64,000 nucleotides of DNA from Octopus vulgaris. Lineage: Eukaryota. The position numbers and the translations under genes were made by a program. Below the pieces are notes generated by a model. It searched no databases, was not told the DNA's origin, and saw nothing but the letters and a program-made list of their open reading frames with translations. The DNA lies in the NCBI GenBank assembly GCA_951406725.2, contig OX597815.1, forward strand, positions 21,080,001-21,144,000. The letters are read 5' to 3'. Below, one piece after another: positions 57,781 to 64,000 of the stretch (the stretch's first letter is position 1; each line of letters starts with the position of its first letter).

Positions 57781-58525
57781 TAAAGCCAGGAACTTTTCAG
57801 TAACCCCTCGTATATTTGTCTTCATAGCATCTCTTTTTCCTTTCACTGTGTATGAGCATATACTTTCTTCCAGGTCCAACTCATGCAGAGATGAAATAAT
57901 TGATCCTTTCATTCAATCCATATTCGTCATTCTCACTCATCTTTCATACAAATTACTGGAAGTAGTCACTTCTTTTTCCTCCATCATTTCCTGCTTCGAG
58001 TACAATAAAACTTGCTCGAAGTTTTCGTCTGTAGTTTTCTCGAGTAAATTCCATTGGTTTAATTAAAATTGAAACCTTTACAGCAAACAGGATTCATTGT
58101 GCATTAACTGACGATTTATTCGTTCAACTAACTCTGGAAATTTGGACAGATATTTTGAATCAATAATCTCTGAAACAAGATTTGATGTATAGTAGATGAA
58201 AATGTTAAGCATTGAGATGTAGCTTATCTCTCTTTTCTTAAAATTGATTTCTCTGCTCATACTTTTCTAAGATTAAAATATAGATTTTAAACATCTCTAT
58301 TTTACACAGAATACAAGCTTCTGTTTCTATTTTAAATCAGTGACAACTCACATTTTGTGATCAAATCCATTTTAAATTAAGAATATTAAAAATTATAGAC
58401 TTCAAAACTGATTTGTTAAGAAAAACCTTCCTATACATCTATCACACTGGGTTCAAAATATCTATATATACACATTCATATACGTACTCCCACATACAAA
58501 TATATATGTGTGTGTGTGTGTATGA

Positions 58526-58575
<50 letters not shown>

Positions 58576-58578
58576 CTG

Positions 58579-58613
<35 letters not shown>

Positions 58614-58655
58614 CATGGAACATATGGATGATATATATTGTTTACATATATAACA

Positions 58656-59010
58656 AGGAGTGGCTGTGTGATATGGAGTAGCTTGCTTACCAACCACATG
58701 GACCCGAATTCAGTCCCAATGCGTGGCACCTTGGGCAAATGTCTTCTACTATATCTTCGGGCCGACCAAAGTCTTGTGAGTGGATTTGGTAGACGGAAAC
58801 TGAAAGACGCTTGTCGTATATGTGTGTGCGTGTGTGTGTATGTGTATTTGCGTGTCAGTGTTTGTCCCCCACCATCGCTTGACAACCGATGATGGTGTGT
58901 TTACGTCCCCGTAACCTAGCGGTTTGGCAAAAAGACCGCTATAATAAATACTAGGCTTACAAACAATAAGTCTTGGGGTCGATTTGTTCGACTAAAAAGG
59001 CGGTGCTCTA

Positions 59011-59014
<4 letters not shown>
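58656..59014 (+). mobile_element. SINE family B, near full-length copy
   Basis: ggagtggctgtgtg...gcgtggcaccttgggcaaatgtcttc...(TG)n...cgcttgacaaccgatgatggtgtgtttacgtccccgtaac...ggcggtgctctagca. Confidence 0.85.
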
Positions 59015-59074
<60 letters not shown>

Positions 59075-60910
59075 ATTCTTTTTTGTAATCAGTAAATGTT
59101 ATTTCAAGTTTATGTACCGTATAATCATTAAAAAAATTTAGTAGATTTTATCTTCTGCAATTGAGCATAAGAAAGCAAAAGACAAATGAAACAATTTCAA
59201 AAGTCGAACTTAAGAACACCAACCAGTTGTTTTTAATATCATCTATGTGTATCGAATTCTCTCTGTAACCGCTTCTTCTTTTGAATAATCATACCCTTAT
59301 ACTGTCAGATATGAACTCTAGAAAATCAACGAGGCAGTTACCATGTGGTCATCCTTTAAACTACAACCATAAAAAGGACTCGGATAATAGTCTAAGCTAC
59401 ATTGTGAGTTAAAAAATACATAATGATAATACCAGGTTCGCCTTTTGATCATAGGTCTTCTCGATCACGGATGACTAAGGGCCAAGCAACAACAAAACCA
59501 ATGGAATAATCACCAGGAAATAGCATAATTTTTTAGAAATCCTAAATTCTCCTCACATAATGAGTACTTTTACTGAGAAAGAAATGAGTTTCATTCGAAG
59601 ACAATTGTTTTAAATTACTGAAGGGCGAATCAAAATAGATTGCCACTTTTAGTTTCCTCATGTTCAAATTTCTGGGATAAATTGCAGTTTGTTTAGCTTG
59701 ATCGAGCTATAACCAGAAACGTCCCCATTCATGATCATCTTGCACCTTTACAGGTGGCTAACACTGCGTTATCTAATTTATTCTGTAAGACTGTAAGTTG
59801 TGATTTGAAAGAAATTTGACTACTATTTCTAGCAGGCCGAACATATCCGAAAAGGCATTCTCGTTAGTTCGATTAAGTCCCAGTAATACGGTGCAATCAA
59901 TAAATTCATTTGCCTGTATGCTACCACTACAGACTTAGTGTATTGTATATGAAGAAAAGACATTAATATTAAACCAGTAGAGCTCTGATTTATGAGAAAT
60001 GATAGATCACCTTAAGTACAAATAATGCCTTATTTATTGTATCGATCTCTAGTGTGTGCTGGGGTTGATCCGATCGTCTATATCCCACCAAAAGCTGGCT
60101 ATGTGCCTAAGTAAAAATCAATATTTTCTACTTCATTTTTTTCTTTATTTATTTATTTTTATTTTTTCAGATGAGCCTTTCTTGTATGTACGCTTGTGGT
60201 TAGAAGAATTTTAATATATCCTGCGAAGTGTTTTACATCATATTTCTTATAACCTTACTTAAAAATCTATAATACACGTCTACAATTGTAGTAGTCGTAA
60301 TAAATATTACTGAAGCGTGACATTAGGGACAAATAAAACATCTTCATAAAATTGTCAACGAACCTATTTAAAGTCTTGAATTATCATCGCAATTTAACAT
60401 ATTGGTATATAATCAATCACAATTAAGACTGGCTTCAGAGTTGAATACTGCAAATGTCAACTGGTTATTTATGTATACACAAGGGAGCGATATCTTCATT
60501 CTACTTCTACTTTGACATTTAAACGGTATCATAAAAGTTAGAAAAGCCTAAACAAGACAACAAAAATATTGCTTTCATTTCGACTAGACACAAAGGACCC
60601 ATATTTTAGGGGAAGGTCATTAACGGCGTAAGTGAAGTGAAATAGTTTCAACCAGTTATCGAAACCGTGGCGTAGCCGAAGCGTATTAGAAATTTACGTC
60701 CTACTCTGACATTCGCTGCAAGACAACAACAATATTGAATAGTTGTAGCACGCGTTGTGCAACAAACTGCGCTGTTTCATTAACAAAGTCACGTCGTTTA
60801 CTATACTATACTCTTGGGAAAGCAATGCGTGTCACAACTTCTTATATACATATATTCATATGTGTATGTATATATATATGTATATATATATATATATTCA
60901 TATACGTGTA

Positions 60911-60968
<58 letters not shown>

Positions 60969-60972
60969 TATA

Positions 60973-61037
<65 letters not shown>

Positions 61038-61066
61038 TTTATTAATAAAGCTGCAAAGATATTACA

Positions 61067-61112
61067 AAAACTGTTACTCGGAGTTTCACGTTCCCGATCG
61101 TCAGACAGTTTT
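61067..61112 (-). ncRNA. Type I hammerhead ribozyme
   Basis: AAAACUGU-CUGACGA-UCGGGAACGU-GAAAC-UCCGAGUA-ACAGUUUU: 8-bp stem I, intact core, near-palindromic stem III (ACUC-C-GAGU) and a GUA cleavage triplet. Stem II is short with a U-U mismatch. Confidence 0.75.
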
Positions 61113-61239
61113 GGCTGAGAAAGGAACAAAGTAAGAGTTTTGTTATGTCTTTACTGCTTTATTAATAAACCATATTGCTCTACCTCCGGTATTCGAGTAT
61201 TATTTTTTCCACCTTGTTTCACATTTATGTGCTTACCCT

Positions 61240-61278
<39 letters not shown>

Positions 61279-61283
<5 letters not shown>

Positions 61284-61394
61284 ATATACATACAATATTA
61301 GATATGTACATATATACACAAGGTTACTACATGAGTACTCATGTAGTACCCTTGTGTATATATGTACATATCTAATATTGAATGTATATATTTT
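61279..61394. repeat. 116-bp spacer-less palindrome
   Basis: 58-bp arms centred on atgagt|actcat (61336/61337), with two mismatches. Confidence 0.92.
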
Positions 61395-61481
61395 ATTAAT
61401 TTGCCTGTACGGCTAATAATTCGCTTACCACTTGCGATGGTATTTTAATAATACCATCCCTATATTTATTTATATATACAT

Positions 61482-61528
<47 letters not shown>

Positions 61529-61655
61529 CATATATATATGTAGTAGTGTTTGCTTTTATGTTGTTATAATAGAAACATTTTTGTATTCATTCGAATAGTA
61601 TACTCCATACTTTTGTAGAGTACAAACTTATTATTTTTTAACAAGAATAATATTG

Positions 61656-61700
61656 ACAGTGACTTCGAAGTTTCAGCCAGCTAAGCCATCATCAGACTGT
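61656..61700 (-). ncRNA. Type I hammerhead ribozyme
   Basis: ACAGU-CUGAUGA-UGGCUUAGCUGGCU-GAAAC-UUCGAAGUC-ACUGU: 5-bp stem I, intact core, perfect palindrome ACUUCGAAGU as stem III and a canonical GUC triplet. Confidence 0.8.
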
Positions 61701-62128
61701 GCAGCATTAAGTTAATAATTTTCCTTGAGGTTTGTGGGATTCAGATGAATGGTAATTAGGTTGTAAGGTGGTTTGTGATGTAGAGGTATTGTAGAGAATT
61801 TTTTATTGATTACATTTGGAGTTGTGCAAATAGAACTTTATGTGTGTATTTAGGTGTGTCAGCTTCAGGTCGTGTATGTATATATATATATATAAAAAGA
61901 ACATAACAATAATATGCAGTATTAATCCATTCAATCTATTTTCAAGTAGTTGAAAAGAGAGTAGCTTCTGTTCTATGGTGTAACTATCAGTCTTTTTGAT
62001 GGAAAGGAAAGTGACGTCTTCCTTGTCCTACAGAGAGGCAAAAAGCGATAAGACGAATATTCTCTTGAGTTCCGCTTTATGTAGCTACCTTGGTGGCCTG
62101 AATACTGTTTTTGTGGTCTGGATGTATG

Positions 62129-62189
<61 letters not shown>

Positions 62190-62200
62190 TGGATTAACTT

Positions 62201-62231
<31 letters not shown>

Positions 62232-62338
62232 GTTATATCACACGTTCGGATGACCTCTACTCAACTCCTCGATGTCTAGACTTCTCCCGCTATATCTACG
62301 TATTGGGCTAGCCTACTTCATCGTCTGGGGGCGTTGAC

Positions 62339-62409
<71 letters not shown>

Positions 62410-62765
62410 CATAACTCAAGAATTTATTTATCAATTTTACTTAGGAATTTAAAAGTTTATCAATTATTGTTTATGTTCTTATTTTCCAACATTGACCCTA
62501 CATAGCTCAGTATCTTCGCTTGTGGGTTCGCTAGAGTGTCAAACAAAATACCTTGCCTTATTTTAGTTACCCCCTTTTATCTCCTTAGTGTTTACTAGTT
62601 ATGTACTAGGGTCGATTTAATTTACTGTTTTTTCCGCTTTCAAACTGTATGGTTTTAATGTCTGATAGAAATTTATATGCTTCATAGATATTTAATATGA
62701 ACAGAAATGTCTACTTCATAATTAACATTACTTTATTACCGTGTTTAAAAGTATTTGCCTAAAAT

Positions 62766-62834
<69 letters not shown>

Positions 62835-64000
62835 CTCTTTTACTGTTATTTTCAATTTAATCATACGATCTAACAAATTTTTCTTTCTTAAACTAGAAAC
62901 CTCATATTCATGTTTGATAAAAGTCAGTTTGATACTTTTTGATGTCGGGTTTATAGTTTCTTATTTTTGTGTTAATCCTGCAAAAGTTGATTTTTCCTTT
63001 TATACCTACATATTCATAAAAGGAATACAAGTAAATACGTTGAATCATTCCAAACGATGATGATTGCTCTGAGGCAAAATTTGAAATTATTCCTATTTAA
63101 AAGGAAAAACTACGTTATTAAGTACAATCATTTTTACCTTTATTTTTGTTTGTTTGTTTGTTTGTTTCGTTAGATTTTCTTATCAAATTCTCCCATCTTT
63201 TTCATGTCCCTAAATATAAATATTGAGAATTTACTCTGTAATCTTTTTTTTTTTGCTCTGTATTCCTCTGAAAATTTCAAGCAAAATGAAAATATCTTTG
63301 TAATTGATCTTTAACCGCTAACCAAGTTGAATTACCAGAATCGATATATTAATATACTTCAAGAGTGGTCTTAGAAAACATTCAACAAAAAAATATATAA
63401 GAAAGACATAGCCGTAGGTGGTAATATATTCTATAACGGTCACCTGCAAAGTACTAATAGTTTAGTACCATGCAGAAATTTTCCTTATTCCTTAATAAAT
63501 GATTGATGAATTTTTTTAAACTTCAGTCATTGTAATGCGATAAACTATGTACAATTCATGTTGACTTTGGTGATTCAAACGCATTCACCTTTGCCTCATT
63601 AGTTAAACATCTAAACAATAACAAAAGGCTTCAAATAATTTTCTGTTTTGCAAGTTATCATCATTCTTTATGCCACTGAACAAAGCATAAATTTAATTCA
63701 TTTCATCAAAAGGACATCATGCTGAATAAAGCTAATTCCCAAACACCCTTCCTATGTTCTATTCCTTCTGAGATTGATAGTTAAATGTCTACTAAGATTC
63801 ACAGGTATAACTGTGGTTAAGAAGTTCGCTTCAAAACCACTTTCTTCTAGGTTCTGTTCTACAGTTCCATTGGGTTGACAAATATCATGTGAGTGTGGGA
63901 TTTATTAGACGAAAAGCGTGCAGAAGCCTATTGTGCATGTGTGTGGATATTGGTGTGTTTATGTTTACGAATGTAGAGCCGATATTGTATCAGAAAGCAT

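Overview
Eukaryotic, AT-rich and saturated with microsatellites. The SINE families and repeat style suggest an octopus or other cephalopod genome (inference). Nearly every ORF in the supplied track is a translated microsatellite. The one clear host coding exon is missed by the track: a 172-bp + strand exon (43540-43711) encoding LIM domain 1 of an Lhx3/4 (Lim3) LIM-homeobox gene. A candidate 90-bp upstream exon lies at 27298-27387. No LIM2 or homeodomain exon was found, so most of the window is probably giant intron or upstream DNA. The mobile DNA comprises a 5'-truncated Tx1/L1-clade LINE inside a (GATA)n tract, an R4/Dong-like LINE fragment, Tc1 and mariner remnants, MITEs, at least four tRNA-headed SINE families and several Penelope-like remnants with hammerhead ribozyme (HHR) motifs. 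The most interesting signals are four. (1) One SINE family shares its 3' tail and terminal stem-loop with the Tx1 LINE. (2) That SINE forms head-to-tail multimers that resume at recurring internal positions. (3) The HHR set is diverse, and intact catalytic cores occur only antisense to Lhx3/4. (4) One Penelope remnant carries a tRNA-like module in its terminal repeat. All calls were made by eye; repeat boundaries are approximate.
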